A stretch of DNA of 64,000 nucleotides from Felis catus (GCF_018350175.1 NC_058383.1:8992001-9056000), one strand, 5' to 3'; shown: positions 1 through 11,956, numbered from the stretch's first letter. Made by a program: numbers and translations. Notes: a model not told the origin generated them from the letters alone.

Positions 1-1523
1 CAACCATTGGAGGTGACAGAGGTGAAGACAGACGCAGCCTGTGCGACTGGTCGCCTCTCTTCCTTGGGCAGCTGGATGGGAGCTGTTAAGGACAGGGTGC
101 CCGCCCTGCTGATCACACTGGGCCAGCCGGGGAGGCGGAGGTGTCCCCACAAGGAAATTCCGCAGGGAGAATCGTCAGGTGCCTCACGTGGCCCCCTCCC
201 ACTCTGCGGCAGCTTCTTCAAGAGACAAAGGTGCAAATACAGAGAGTGTGAGTTGACCTGAGCTGCATATGAATCAGCAGAGGGTAGAAGGCTTCCAAAT
301 AAAGCTCATGCAAATTCAGCTGCTACCAAGAGCCCCAGGAAGGGGAGGCGATGCCCAAGACTACCCCCATCTCACGGTGCTCTGACTGCACCTGAACTTC
401 CATTCTCTGTGCAGCTGTGCCCTGCTCCTGCGTAGACACCTGTTTCTGAGCCAAATGCACAGACACCGGAGGGGCTTCAGACAGAAGCTGAATGACCAGC
501 ACCAGACGAGCCATCTTGTCTACCTGGGGTTCGTTGTCACTTTGGATGCCTTCTGACTTCCACAGCCTGCCTTGAGTTCGTGGTTGGCCAACCCGAGCCT
601 GCGTTTTCTTCTTTCGGCCCTTCTGAAGCAGTTGACAGGAAACAGCCCACAGCATACTTCTCACACTTTCCATTGCTCCTAAGCCTTTCAAGTGCCATCA
701 AGGCGCATGAGCGAACACACCTTCCACCTGGGTCTTGGCTCCATCTATCAGAGGAGACAGCAGGAGCGATCACGCTGCTGTTGCCTGCTGGGGGTTGTCA
801 CCCCCCCCACTGACCCCTCCCACAGCCTGCCCAGTGCACAACCCAATCCTACAATCCCATCCTGAGGGGCCGCTTCCTTGAGTCACTTCTACTACCAACT
901 GTCTTAGCCTGGGTTCCATCCAGAAGGATGAGTCATTTATTTTGGGAAGCGATCCCAGGGTGACAGAAAGTAGGGGACAAGGAAGATGGAAACAAGGAAG
1001 AGAAAGCGCCAATCCAAGAGAGATTGATTGAGCTGCTCCCCGCTGTGGGCGTTCTGGGGCTGAAGCCAACTCGGACCCTCTGCGAAGCCCCATAGAGCAC
1101 ATCTCAGAATTTTCCACTCCAGGAGCAGAAGACAGAAGCATTTATCCATCAATTCCTGTCCCCATCGGTCAAGCACCCCACATGTAACGTTAACTCCCTC
1201 CCGCCACCAGCTCTGGATCCGCCTGAGTACCAGCGGGCCCCAGGGCGTGAAGCAAGACAAGTGCCATGCTCCAGGGGCAAGGCCCATAATAAAAGTCGGG
1301 TCGGGAAGATCTGAAGGGAAGGACAAGAACAGTGAGGAAAGGCAGTTTTTTCCGGTAAGCGATGCTGGGGAAACCAGATAATGAGATAATCAGAAAGCGA
1401 AATTAGTTCTTGACTTTTCCTCAAGCCCTGGAAACAGTTTTAGGTAAATCACAGATCCAAATGGCAAAGGCAAGCTAACGGAGTGGGTAACAAAAGAATT
1501 TCTTAAAGTAGGACACCAAAAGC

Positions 1524-1740
1524 GGTGCCTGGGCGGCCCAGTCAGTTAAGCATCCAACTCTTGATTTTGGCTCAGGCCGTGGTCTCATGGTTCTCAGGAT
1601 CCAGCCCCACGTGGGGGTCTACACTGACAGCTCGGAGCCTTCGTAGAGTTTTCTCTCTCCTCTCTCTCTGCCCCTCCCCCTGCCTCTTTCTCTCTCTCTC
1701 TCTCCTGAAATAAATAAACATAAAAAAAAAAACAAAAAAC
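1524..1740 (+). mobile_element. CanSINE (SINEC, tRNA-derived)
   Basis: ggtgcctggg...tcagttaagcatcc head, (CT)n tract, AATAAA and poly(A) tail. Confidence 0.9.
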
Positions 1741-1756
1741 CTTTCACATAGGGACA

Positions 1757-2173
1757 CAGAAGGCATCCCGATGGCTAACAGACACATGGAAAGATGCTCA
1801 ACATCGCTCATCGCCAGGGAAAGACAAATCAAACCCACGATGAGATACCACCTCACACCGGCCAGAATGGCTAAAATGAACAACACAAGAAACAACAGGT
1901 GTCGGCGAGGATGTGGAGAAAGGGGGGCCCTCTTGCACGGTTGGTGGGAGTGCAAACTGGTGCAGCCACTCTGGAGAACAGTATGGAGGTTCCTTAAGAC
2001 ACTAAAAATAGAACTACCCTCCAATCCAGCAATTGCACTATTAGGTATTTATCCAAAGGATACGAAAATACAGGCTTGAAGGGGTACGTGCACCCTGATT
2101 TTCATAGCAACAACAGCCAGACTATGGAGAGAGCCCAAATGTCCATTGACGGTTGAATGGAAAAAGAAGATGC

Positions 2174-2221
<48 letters not shown>

Positions 2222-2650
2222 GGAATATTACTTGACCATCAAAAAGAATGAAACCTTGCCATTTGCAATGATGTGGATGGAGCTAGAATGTATTATGCTA
2301 AGCAAAATATGCCAATCAGAGAAAGAAAAATACCATGTGATTTCACTCCTACGTGGAATTTAAGAAACAAAACAGATGAACATACGGGATTGGGGCGGGG
2401 GCAATAGGAGAGAGGGAAACAAACCACAAGAGACTCTTAATGACAGAGAACAGACTATGGGTTGAGGGAGGGAGGTGGGTGGGGGATGGGCTAACTGGGT
2501 GATGGGTACTAAGGAGGGCACTTATTGTGATGAGCCCTGGGTGTTGTAGGTAGGTGAGGAATCACTGAACTCAACTCCTGACACCAGTACCGATTGCCCT
2601 GTAGGTTAAGTAAAATTTAAATTAAAAAAAAAAAAAAGGAAAAAAATTAA
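1757..2650 (+). mobile_element. 5'-truncated carnivore L1 (ORF2 C-terminus, 3' UTR, poly(A)) with an internal (TA)n
   Basis: ORF 1771-2079 [14 protein letters not shown]...[21 protein letters not shown] is the L1 ORF2 Cys-rich end. G-rich 3' UTR and A tail at about 2620-2650. Confidence 0.93.
2176..2219. repeat. (TA)n microsatellite
   Basis: About 21 TA units inside the L1. Confidence 0.95.
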
Positions 2651-2715
2651 ATGGGACACAAAAAGCCCTAACCAAAGGAAATGGTGATAAATTTGACCAC
2701 ATGAGAATAAAGAGC

Positions 2716-2900
2716 TGGGGCACCTGAGTGGCTCAGTTGGTTGAACGTTTGACTCTTGATTTTGGCTCCGGTCATGTTCTCATGGTTCCCGAAATCGAGC
2801 CCCGCATCGCCAGCGCAGAGCCTGCCTGGGATTCTCTCTCTGCCCCTCCCCCACTCTCAAGCACTCCGTCTTTCTCAGAATCAGTAAACAAACATAAAAA
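2716..2900 (+). mobile_element. CanSINE within an older L1M fragment
   Basis: ggggcacctgagtggctcagttggttgaac head and A-rich tail. aataaagagct / aataacggggagct resembles a decayed TSD. Confidence 0.85.
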
Positions 2901-4125
2901 GAATAACGGGGAGCTCCTTTTTGACAACTGATGGCAGTCAACAAGTAAACCGGTGAACACAGAGTGGAAGGAAGATATTTAAAATGCGTTCTGATTGATT
3001 CCGAGCATGTCGAGTTTCAAACATCTGACCGACCACATGAGTTTTAGAGGCATATGGTTAGATGGTGAAACTATAAAGATTTAAGAAAATCGAGGAAGCC
3101 AGTACCATTCAAGCCAGAAGAGTGGTTACCTCTAGGGGGAACAGAGTCGTGATTTGGACGATTGGGAGTGGCCCGTGGGCTGTGTTCTCGCCCTTGACTG
3201 GAATGGTGCTGTATGGGTGTTTGCTTTGTGTTCGTTCATCGAGCTGTGTTTTGTCTGCCTACATTTTTCTGCGTGTGTGTTCTATCTCACAAGATAAAAG
3301 GTTAAAATAGTGTCTATCTCAGAAGGTTTTTGTGAAGCTCTGCATGAAATACTGCACAGGACCCCATCACAAAGAGCCTGGCGTATGGGAAGCTACCCGC
3401 CAAGGTTAGCGACTCTGATTATCGTTGGGCTGGGGGTGTTTTGAATGTGACCTTGCATGTGGAACTTCGCAGATTTGTGGGCGGTCCACATGCATTCGTG
3501 GACGGCCACCCAGGGAAGGTGTGTGGGACACAGGTGGGGCAGATAGTGTCGGAAGGGGAGAGATGATGGCCCAACCCAGACAGGGCAATTCATCTCTCCC
3601 ATTGGGTCCTTCAACCAGCAGACTGAAGTCCCCTAACCTTAGGAGTCCAAGTTCAGGAATAGGAAGGTACTTTAGTAAGTCAGACGGGGAGCTCTGGAGG
3701 ATGGGGATTGTGCACCTGCTGCTCTAAGCCCCTCCTACCATTGCTCAGTGTGGCCTGGGTCACAGAGAGCCCTGGGCTTTGGGTGCTGACTTGCCTCAGC
3801 CGGAGCCGCCAGGACCCTGGCCTGTGGGTGTGTGGGGCCCAGAGGTGGAAACATGGGGGCTTCATCCACATTGGCCTCTGGGCTTTGGAAAACCTATTGC
3901 TGCCACCCGAGCCCTTAGCCCCACTCTGGACAGGCCAGAGCAGGGCACGTATACAGGGTTTGAGCTGCCTCAGGTGAGCACGATGGGCTCAAAGCTGGCA
4001 GGGCTCCCCAAAGCCACCCAGACAATAGGGGGTTGGCACCTCTGTAACCTGGCAGGTGACTTCTGTTTATTATGTCGAGTGTACTGGAGTATAATTATCA
4101 CACAATCAAATTCACCTTTTTACAG

Positions 4126-5545
4126 TTTTATTTGTATTTTTTTTAACGTGGATTTATTTAATTAGAGAGAGAGTGAGCATGAGTAGGGGAGGGGCAGAGA
4201 CACAGGGAAAGAGAGAATCCCAAGCAGGCGCCGCATTGTTAACGCAGAGCCCGATGCGGGGCTCAAACTCACAAACCGCGAGGTCATGCCCTGAGCCAAA
4301 ATCACGAGTCAGATGCTTAACTGACTAAGCCACCCAGACGCCCCGTAAATTCACCTTTTTTATATATAAAAAAAAATATTCTTGAGAGAGAGAGAGAGAC
4401 CACAAGCAGGAGAGAGGCAGAGAGAGAGAGAGAGAGAGAGGGAAATACAGAATCTGAAGTGGCTCCAGGCTGGGAGCTGTCAGCACAGAGCCCAATGCAG
4501 AATTCAAATCCACAAACGGTGAGATAATGACCTGAGCCAAAGTCAGACACTTAACTGAGCCATCCAGGCACCCCTTAAATTCACTCTTTTTAAAAATTAT
4601 TTAATTTAATTTAATTTAATTTAATTTAATTTTATTTTATTTTATTTTATTTTAGAGAGAGAGCAAGCATGAGCAGGGGAGAGGGGCAGAGGGAGAGAGA
4701 GAGAGAGAATCTCAAGCAGCCTCCACACTCTGTCCAGAGCCCCACATGGGGTTCGATCCCCCAACCCCGGGATCATGACCTGAGCGGAAATCAAGAGTGG
4801 AATGCTCAACCGACTGAGCCACCCAGGTGCCCCCAAATTCATCTTTTTTTTTTAAATTTTTTTTTTAACGTTTATTTATCTTTGGGACAGAGAGAGACAG
4901 AGCATGAACGGGGGAGGGGCAGAGAGAGAGGGAGACACAGAATCGGAAACAGGCTCCAGGCTCTGAGCCATCAGCCCAGAGCCCGATGCGGGGTTCGAAC
5001 TCACTGACTGCGAGATCGTGACCTGAGCTGAAGTCGGACGCTTAACCGACTGAGCCACCCAGGTGCCCCCCAAATTCATCTTTTTTAAGCGTATACTGGG
5101 ACACCTGGGTGGCTCAGTCGGTTAAGCATCCAACTTTGGCCCAGGTCGTGATCTTGCAGCTCGTGAGTTCGAGCCTCGTGTTGGGATCCGTGCTTGACAA
5201 CTCAGAGCCTGGAGCCTGCTTCAGATTCTGTGTCTCCCTCTCTCTCTGCCCCTCCCCCGCTCATGCTCTGTCTCTGTCTCTCTCTCAGAGGTGAACATTA
5301 AAAAAAAAAAAATCTGGGGCGCCTGGGTGGCGCAGTCGGTTAAGCGTCCGGCTTCAGCCAGGTCACGATCTCGCGGTCCGTGAGTTCGAGCCCCGCGTCG
5401 GGCTCTGGGCTGATGGCTCAGAGCCTGGAGCCTGTTTCCGATTCTGTGTCTCCCTCTCTCTCTCTGCCCCTCCCCCGTTCATGCTCTGTCTCTCTCTGTC
5501 CCAAAAATAAATAAACGTTGAAAAACAAACAAACAAAAAAAATTT
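4126..5545. mobile_element. Cluster of six CanSINEs (four on -, ~4126-5071; two on +, ~5097-5545) inside an old L1M fragment
   Basis: Six complete SINE bodies. The target motif aaattca(c/t)... followed by a T-run recurs between the minus copies. The flanks (to ~6300) read as decayed L1M 3' sequence. Confidence 0.92.
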
Positions 5546-6017
5546 AAGCATAGACTTCAATGAGTTTGACAAATGTATGTGTTCACATAACCACAAGCCC
5601 AATCCAGATGATACCACGTTCATCACCCCCAAAAGTTCCCTTGGCCCCTTGATAGTCAATCCCCTCCCCCTGCCCTCGGCCCCTGGCCATCTACTGATCC
5701 GTGTTCTGTCCCCATCGTTTTCGGCTTTTCCAAAATGTCAAGTAATGGAATCATTCAGGTTGTAGTCTTTCAAACCTGGCTTCATTCACTAAGCATAATG
5801 CTTTTGAAATTCATCTATGTGGTTGCAAATATCAATAGTTCCTTCCGCTTTATTCCTCAGAAGTGCGTCACTGTATGGATATATCACAATTTGATGGTCA
5901 TTTGGGTTGCTTCCAGTTTGGGGCAATTATGAATCAAGCTACTATAGGTATTTGCATACAGGTCTCTCACTGGACGCATATTTTCATTTCTCTAGGGTAA
6001 TGCTTAGGAGTGAGATT

Positions 6018-6219
6018 CTTTTTTTTTTTTTAATGCTTTTATTTATTTTTGAGAGAGCATGGACAAGCAGGGGAGGGGTGAAAGAGAGGGAGACAGAGGA
6101 TCTGAAGCAGGCTCCATGCTGACAGCAGAGAGCCAAAGGTGGGGCTCGAACCCACAAACTGTGAGATCATGACCTGAGCCCAAGTCGGACACTTAACCGA
6201 CTGAGGCACCCAGGTGCCC
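6018..6219 (-). mobile_element. CanSINE with 13-bp TSD
   Basis: TSD taggagtgagatt at 6005-6017 and 6220-6232. Confidence 0.92.
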
Positions 6220-6497
6220 TAGGAGTGAGATTTTTGGGATATATGGTACATGTATGTTTATCTTGATAGGAAACTGACAAACTCTTTTCCCAAGAGGGTG
6301 TATTCCATCTTAGTTTTTATTCCCCTTGGTGGAACTTTCCTCTTGTCATGTTTGGCAGGACCATTGTGGGAAGACCACTGACTCACTAACTCAGTGAGAA
6401 ACTCAAATTATGGAATAGCCATAAATATTTTTGGTGTTTCAGTTCTTTAAGCACCAACCACAACTCAAAGGATTAAAAGTAGGAGTGCCCACCCAGC

Positions 6498-6610
6498 TAG
6501 GGTAACTGACTTGCCAGTGTGCCCCAGATTCTCCTGGTTTTAACACTGAAAGTCCTGCATCCTGAGAAACCCCTCCATCCTGGCACCAAACGGGGATATG
6601 TGGCCACTGA
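6498..6610 (+). mobile_element. MER81-like hAT MITE
   Basis: tagggtaact...ggttttaacactgaaagtcctgcatcctgagaaacccctc resembles the MER81 consensus as I recall it. Confidence 0.6.
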
Positions 6611-7059
6611 ATGCCGGGGCACTGAACATCCGTCACATCGTTTTATTCACGAGAAAGTGTCAAGGGTGGGTTTGTGCTCTGACTCGTGCATGAGGGAACA
6701 ACCTTCTAGAGGTTAAGTTGCTTCCCCAGCCCACTCTCCGGAATAGGTGGAGCCAAACTTTGGCACCAGATCTGCCAGACTCCAAAGCATCCCCCCAGGG
6801 TCCTGGGCTTCAGGGGCACAGGCCAGCAGGTGCACCTGGGTAGAGCTCTGCTGCCCTCTGGTGGCAACAGAGGGGGTACTCTGGGTCAGAGTCCACTCTC
6901 GTGGGGCAGCCAGTGGTGGGAGCGGGAAGACACCCTTTCCCCCCAGGGAGCAGGACCTCAAATCTGGCCTCGGCCCTAGAAAGGTGCCACATGGAGGGAC
7001 CCCACCAAGGCCTGCTGGGGGCCTTGGTCCAGCCGTCCACGAGTCACGTGATCAATCGG

Positions 7060-7930
7060 GCCCTCACAGACCTAGGGCCAGAGTGCTGGGTTTGAGTCTG
7101 TGTGTAATCCTGAGCCAATCACTCAGCCCTCGGGGCTTCAGTTCCTTATCTGTAAATCAGGATGATGAGCGTGTCGACACACTTAGACGAGGCTTAGACA
7201 CTGAGGTTGTAATTACCAGCTCCATCACACCCACGTGCCCCCCACCCTGGTGCACTCATTCACTCCGTTCACTGACTTAACTTCCATCCAGCAGCTATCT
7301 GCCAAGCACCAGCTTTGTGCCAGACCCGGAGGTGGAGGGGTGACAGAGACGGCTGCTCTCCTGGCTCTTAACTCAGCTGATCCACTATCTCATGCATTCA
7401 TTCATTCCTGGAGTATCCATTTATTTATTGAGTGTTCCTTCGTTCTTTTTCAGACTCACTGAAATTCCTTTTTCATTCATTCATCCGTCCCTTGGCTATC
7501 ACATTGACACATCCATTCTTTCTTTATTTTTTCAGGCAATTGTTGACTCCCCGCCCCCCTTCCTCCTTCCCTAATTCCTGTTTTGCAAGCATTCTGGAAG
7601 CACCACTCAACTCGAGGCCAGGATTAGATGCTGGCATTCTGGCTCAACCCTCCTCCCAGACTTGTGGGTAGGCAGATGGTGAGGACACGCCGTGCTAACT
7701 ACCATATGCCAGCCATCAGGACCCAGAGCAGGGAGAGCACCAAGAAGGGAGCAACTGACTGCCTGGAGGAGGGAACAGGGGGGCAATCAGAAGAGGCTTC
7801 GTGGAGGAGTTAGCATTTAAACAAAGTTAAGAAGGGGGTAGGGCAGTTCTCCAGGGAGGGAAAGACACTCCAGGTAAAGTCTTTTTGTGTGTGTGGTACG
7901 TTTGGGGAAAAGTGAGGTACCTGGGTGGCT
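7060..7930. mobile_element. Ancient MIR and L2 fragments
   Basis: MIR-like ctgggtttgagtct...cttcagttccttatctgtaaa. L2-like (cattcatt)n 3' ends and gaagaggcttcgtggaggag. Confidence 0.6.
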
Positions 7931-8369
7931 GGGGTATATGATGTAGGTCATGTGTCCATGACAACACCCAGGTCAGTCTCTCCCTAGGTTCCGGTGACAG
8001 TCATAGGCCAATCAAGGACTTCTAATTCATCACCCTTGGTCACTGGAAAACCACCCACTATCGGGGGGGGCCAGGAATAGCTTTAAGGCATTAACAAAAC
8101 ACCCTGTCACCGGGGTCACCTGGCTGGACTGGGACACTCAGTGAGAGAGCTGCCTGGACGAGCAGGCTGTGCAGACAGCAGCAACATTAGTATCTGAGGT
8201 GCCTGGCCCCCAGGATCCCATGGTCATCAGCAAAGGTTAATTGTGTCCTTGGCTGTGAGCCAGTCCTTGCCCCAGATGTCCGAAATACAGCAGTGAATAG
8301 AATGCTCAGCAGTGAATAGAATGCCCATTCTTTAGCTGGTGACAAATACAGGAGAAAACTAGCAAGTGT

Positions 8370-8903
8370 GAGGACCAGCAGAAATACACCTGCAGTTGAA
8401 AAACAATTGGGGTCTGTTGTCTCTTTTAGGAAAGGAGACTACACTGACTTCAACAAGGGGGTGTGAAAGAGGACTTCTTGTAGCACTTGTGCTTGGGTGA
8501 AGTGATTTGGGGGAGGGTTCAAGTAAGTGGATTTAACTCTAGGTGCTGTCAGGAAGCAACACGATTCCATGACTGGCTGTCTTAATATTTAAAGAGAACC
8601 GGGGGGGGGGGGGGGGGGGGGACAAACAGAAAAGAAAGAAAAAGGAAAAATAGAGAAAAAGAAATAAAGTGAACCGAGGCTAATGCTTTAAAGAAGCAGT
8701 AGTTACTCATAAGAGCCAGAATGAGGTTTCAACAATATTCCTGTTTTCATCTACTTTCAAACATGATTACAGAGCAGTCTTGTTTATGCCTTGTGTGAGG
8801 TCGGTGTTCTGGGAAATTGTTTACGTCCAACAGGAGGACATCAAGGTCTAGCTGTAAGTGCCAAGCCAGCTCCCAGACGGTAAGGGCCCTTTTCTCTTTC
8901 TCA
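8370..8903 (-). mobile_element. Solo ERVL-type LTR (MER54-like) abutting the PRKRIP1 promoter
   Basis: Minus strand begins TGAGAAAGAGAAAAGGGCCC...GGAGCTGGCTTGGCACTTACAGCTAGACCTTGATGTCCTCCTGTTGGACGTAAACAATTTC, matching my recollection of the MER54 LTR start. A G21 run (8601-8621) interrupts it. Confidence 0.6.
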
Positions 8904-8989
8904 TAAGATTGTCATAAATGGGAGAGTGGACCAGCCCCGAGGAACGGCCAGGACAAAGGCCCGGGGGGCAGGAGGGGCTGCTGAGAGCC

Positions 8990-9530
8990 ATTAGCAGGGC
9001 TCCCGGCGGCGCCACGACACGTACGCGGACTGGAGAGGGCGACTGGGGTCGCACCCTCGGGCGTGCAAGGCCACCTGTCTCATAGGAACTTGGGCTCTCG
9101 GCTGCCTTGATTTGTACAAACACAGGAAACGAAAGCAAACAGCTTTGATCAAGACAACCTACTCGGCCACGAGCTCATGAATATTCAGCAGGATGCTTCC
9201 GGCTTGCGACTCCGCCCCAGCCCCGCCCTGCGAGAAGACTGCGCTTGCCCCGCTTGCGCGCGGCTCTGTCGTCATAAGTACGCGCCGCCACCGCCGCCGC
9301 TCGCCGTGGAGAACTGGAAAGCTGTCATGGCGAGTTCGGCTGCTTCCTCGGTGCGACCGCCGAGGCCCAAGAAAGAGCCACAAGCGCTCGTCATCCCCAA
9401 GAATGCGGCAGAAGAGCAGAAGCTCAAGCTGGAGCGGCTCATGAAGAACCCGGTGAGACGAAGCACTGGTTGGTTCGACTCCTCCTCCGAGTCCCCTTCC
9501 GTTACGGCGCTGCTGGGGACCCACGGGCCC
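8990..9530 (+). promoter_or_regulatory. PRKRIP1: CpG island / PRKRIP1 promoter
   Basis: Sharp rise in CpG and GC around exon 1. GC boxes (CCCCGCCC near 9221), an ETS-like CTTCCGG near 9196, no obvious TATA box. Confidence 0.85.
9327..9452 (+). CDS. PRKRIP1: PRKRIP1 coding exon 1 ([42 protein letters not shown])
   Basis: Translation matches the N-terminus of mammalian PRKR-interacting protein 1. ATG in good context (gtcATGg). 126 nt, phase-0 donor CCG|gtgaga, inside a CpG island. Confidence 0.97.
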
Positions 9531-10153
9531 ACCTCTCCCACCTCCAGACTTAGGAACTGAGTACCCGAACCCTTGGGCCAGCCCTTAGGAAGGAGTAGGC
9601 TACCTCGCAGACCTTGAGCTTCTTCTGTCCTTGTGTTGGAGCCCAGCCCGGATGAGGGTGCTTTTAGACACTTCGAGTTTAACTTTCTGTGAACAGAAGC
9701 GTTGACTGGAACGATAGCATTCATGGGTTAGCACAAGGGTTTATTAACTTCTAAACAGCACTGATTGTTAGAAAGGCTTTGGCTGAGCCACCCGGAGCAA
9801 ATCACTCCCTCAGTCATAAAAATAATTGGGTGAGGTCTCTTACAGCTTTGGCTAGAAAAGGTTGACTCCGCATGTAGTAGAGTTAGGGTCAGAAGTTTCC
9901 AGCCATAAATGGTGAGTTACGTTTCTGAGTTTTGTTTTGGAAAGTTAAGTGTAGCCCTGGCAAGGCCACGGGCTGTGGTAGACCCCAAAGATGTATGGGA
10001 TGAAGTAAATCTAAGGCAGCGAAGAAAATCGGCCTTAGGTCCAAGGAGCAAAGCAGCCTTTCTTCACCGATCCAGTTAAAATGCTTTGGTTTTAAGAGAT
10101 GTGATTGTCAGCAGGTTTGTGCTTAAAAACGCTTTTGTGTTTAAATGTTGCAG

Positions 10154-10232
10154 GACAAAGCAGTTCCGATTCCAGAAAAAATGAGCGAATGGGCACCCCG
10201 GCCTCCCCCAGAATTTGTTCGAGATGTAATGG
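10154..10232 (+). CDS. PRKRIP1: PRKRIP1 coding exon 2 ([27 protein letters not shown])
   Basis: Acceptor ttgcag|GAC, donor G|gtaatg. 79 nt, phase 0 to 1. Peptide matches PRKRIP1. Confidence 0.97.
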
Positions 10233-10238
10233 GTAATG

Positions 10239-10240
<2 letters not shown>

Positions 10241-10272
<32 letters not shown>
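10241..10272. repeat. (GT)16 microsatellite 8 nt downstream of the PRKRIP1 exon 2 donor
   Basis: Read directly from the sequence. Confidence 0.97.
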
Positions 10273-10276
<4 letters not shown>

Positions 10277-10429
10277 ATAGTTTTTGAAGCGTAGATCTAA
10301 AAATCCTGCAGTTAGCATTTAATTAAATCTATAATAGGAAAAAAAAGTTCACTGTTTCAGTAACTTTGTACTTACGGCAAAGGGGTATTGTTGCTTACAG
10401 TTTGGCATTAGAGAATTTTCTTCTGCATT

Positions 10430-11345
10430 TAAAAAAAAAGTTTATTTATTTACTTTGAGAAACAGCGCAAGCGGTATGAGGCACAGAGGGAGAGAGAGAA
10501 ATTCCTAAGCAGGCTCTGTGCTCAAACCTAGGAACTGTGAGATCCAAGACTGAGCTGAAATCAGGGTCGGGTGCTCAAGCCACCCAGGAATCCCTCCTGC
10601 ATTGTTTAAATAACATATTTTTTTATTTTTTTTTATTATTTTTTTTAAAGATAATCATTTTGTTTTTTTTTTTTAATTTTTTTTTACGTTTATTTATTTT
10701 TGAGACAGAGAGACAGAGCACGAATGGAGGAGGGTCAGAGAGAGGGAGACACAGAATCCGAAACAGGCTCCAGGCTCTGAGCTGTCAGCACAGAGCCTGA
10801 CGCGGGGCTCGAACTCACCGACTGCGAGATCATGACCTGAGCCGAAGTCGGCCGCCTAACCGACTGAGCCACCCAGGCGCCCCAATAACATATTTTTTTA
10901 AATCTAACTGGAAATAGCTTTATTATCTTGGGTGGTTGTAAATTAACATACTGATTATAAGGAGAACTAAGTAACAGAGGTCTGAAAAATTTTGAACCCC
11001 CATAATTCCATCATTCCTCTTGTAGCATGCTGCTACAGCCTTCTAAACTCCCCTAGTCAAAATCACTCATGTGTAAGAAAAAGTGATTTTTATTTTATTT
11101 TATTTTTTTTAAATTTTTTTTTAACGTTTTTATTTTTTTATTTATTTTTGAGACAGAGAGAGACAGAGCGTGAACAGGGGAGGGGCAGAGAGAGAGGGAG
11201 ACACAGAATCCGACACAGGCTCCAGGCTCCGAGCAGCCAGCACAGAGCCTGACGCGGGGCTCGAACTCACGGACCGTGGGACCGTGAGATCATGACCTGA
11301 GCCGAAGTCAGATGCCCAACCGACCGAGCCACCCAGGCTCGCCCC
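10430..11345 (-). mobile_element. Three antisense CanSINEs in PRKRIP1 intron 2 (~10430-10595, ~10624-10883, ~11090-11345)
   Basis: Reverse-complement SINE bodies. The second has TSD aataacatatttttt at 10609 and 10884. Confidence 0.9.
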
Positions 11346-11766
11346 GGAAAAATGATTTTTAAAAATGTGGCCATTCTACACATACTATTTGGTAACCTAC
11401 CTTTTTCCTTTAACATACATGGACATCTTTTCAGCTCAGTAGAAATTTAGCGTGTCAAGTGTGAAGTCATCTGGCAGGGGAGGGAAAGGTCTTAAGCGAT
11501 CTTCTAGGTTTCTGGTCACTTAACTGCAGACTGTTTCTCCTCTTACTACTGTGTTAGGGTGGATTTTTAGTGACTTCCCCTTCAACATTCATGCAACAAT
11601 TCTTTAGTGATGCCGACACTCTGCAAGTCACTGCTAGATTCTGGAGTTCCAGTGGGGCATGGTCCTTTCCATTACTTCCAATTTGTTTTTTTGGTCCTTT
11701 TTGATCAAGGGTCACCCGTGTCGGTAACTGGATTTCATTAAGAACTCTGGACTCTCCTGGCTATAG

Positions 11767-11867
11767 GTTCCAGCGCTGGGGCTGGCAGTGGAGAGTTCCA
11801 TGTGTACAGACATCTGCGCCGGAGAGAGTACCAGCGACAGGACTACATGGATGCCATGGCTGAGAAG
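11767..11867 (+). CDS. PRKRIP1: PRKRIP1 coding exon 3 ([33 protein letters not shown])
   Basis: Acceptor ctatag|GT, donor AAG|gtcagt. 101 nt. Completes the conserved [15 protein letters not shown] family motif. Confidence 0.98.
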
Positions 11868-11956
11868 GTCAGTGAGTGACAAGGCTGGCTGAGCCCTTGG
11901 GTTTGGGCAATGTACACTTGGGACTTTTAGGAAAAAGCTGCTGCTGCTGTTTTTGG

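Noticed and set aside
770..1141. Faint resemblance of SAPGVENSEMCSMGLRR (and VQSEHRE near 380) to Speedy-E peptides, given human SPDYE genes near this locus
   Set aside because: Only a few residues match, no Speedy/RINGO box is visible and there is no consistent exon chain. An HMM search would be needed.
4105..5090. Regularly spaced short repeat resembling a CRISPR array
   Set aside because: The DNA is mammalian, the spacers are homologous SINEs and the repeats are TSDs.
5316..5400. tRNA-like A/B boxes as tRNA genes (here and in all SINE heads)
   Set aside because: These are tRNA-derived CanSINE heads followed by CT tracts and poly(A), with no complete cloverleaf.
8288..8324. 18-bp direct repeat cagcagtgaatagaatgc x2
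   Set aside because: A simple local tandem duplication with no further structure.
9177..9326. In-frame upstream ATG adding 50 aa to PRKRIP1, plus an out-of-frame ATG at 9193
   Set aside because: The 9177 ATG has weak context (ctcATGa), and both ATGs sit among promoter motifs, probably upstream of the TSS. Known orthologues start at MAS.
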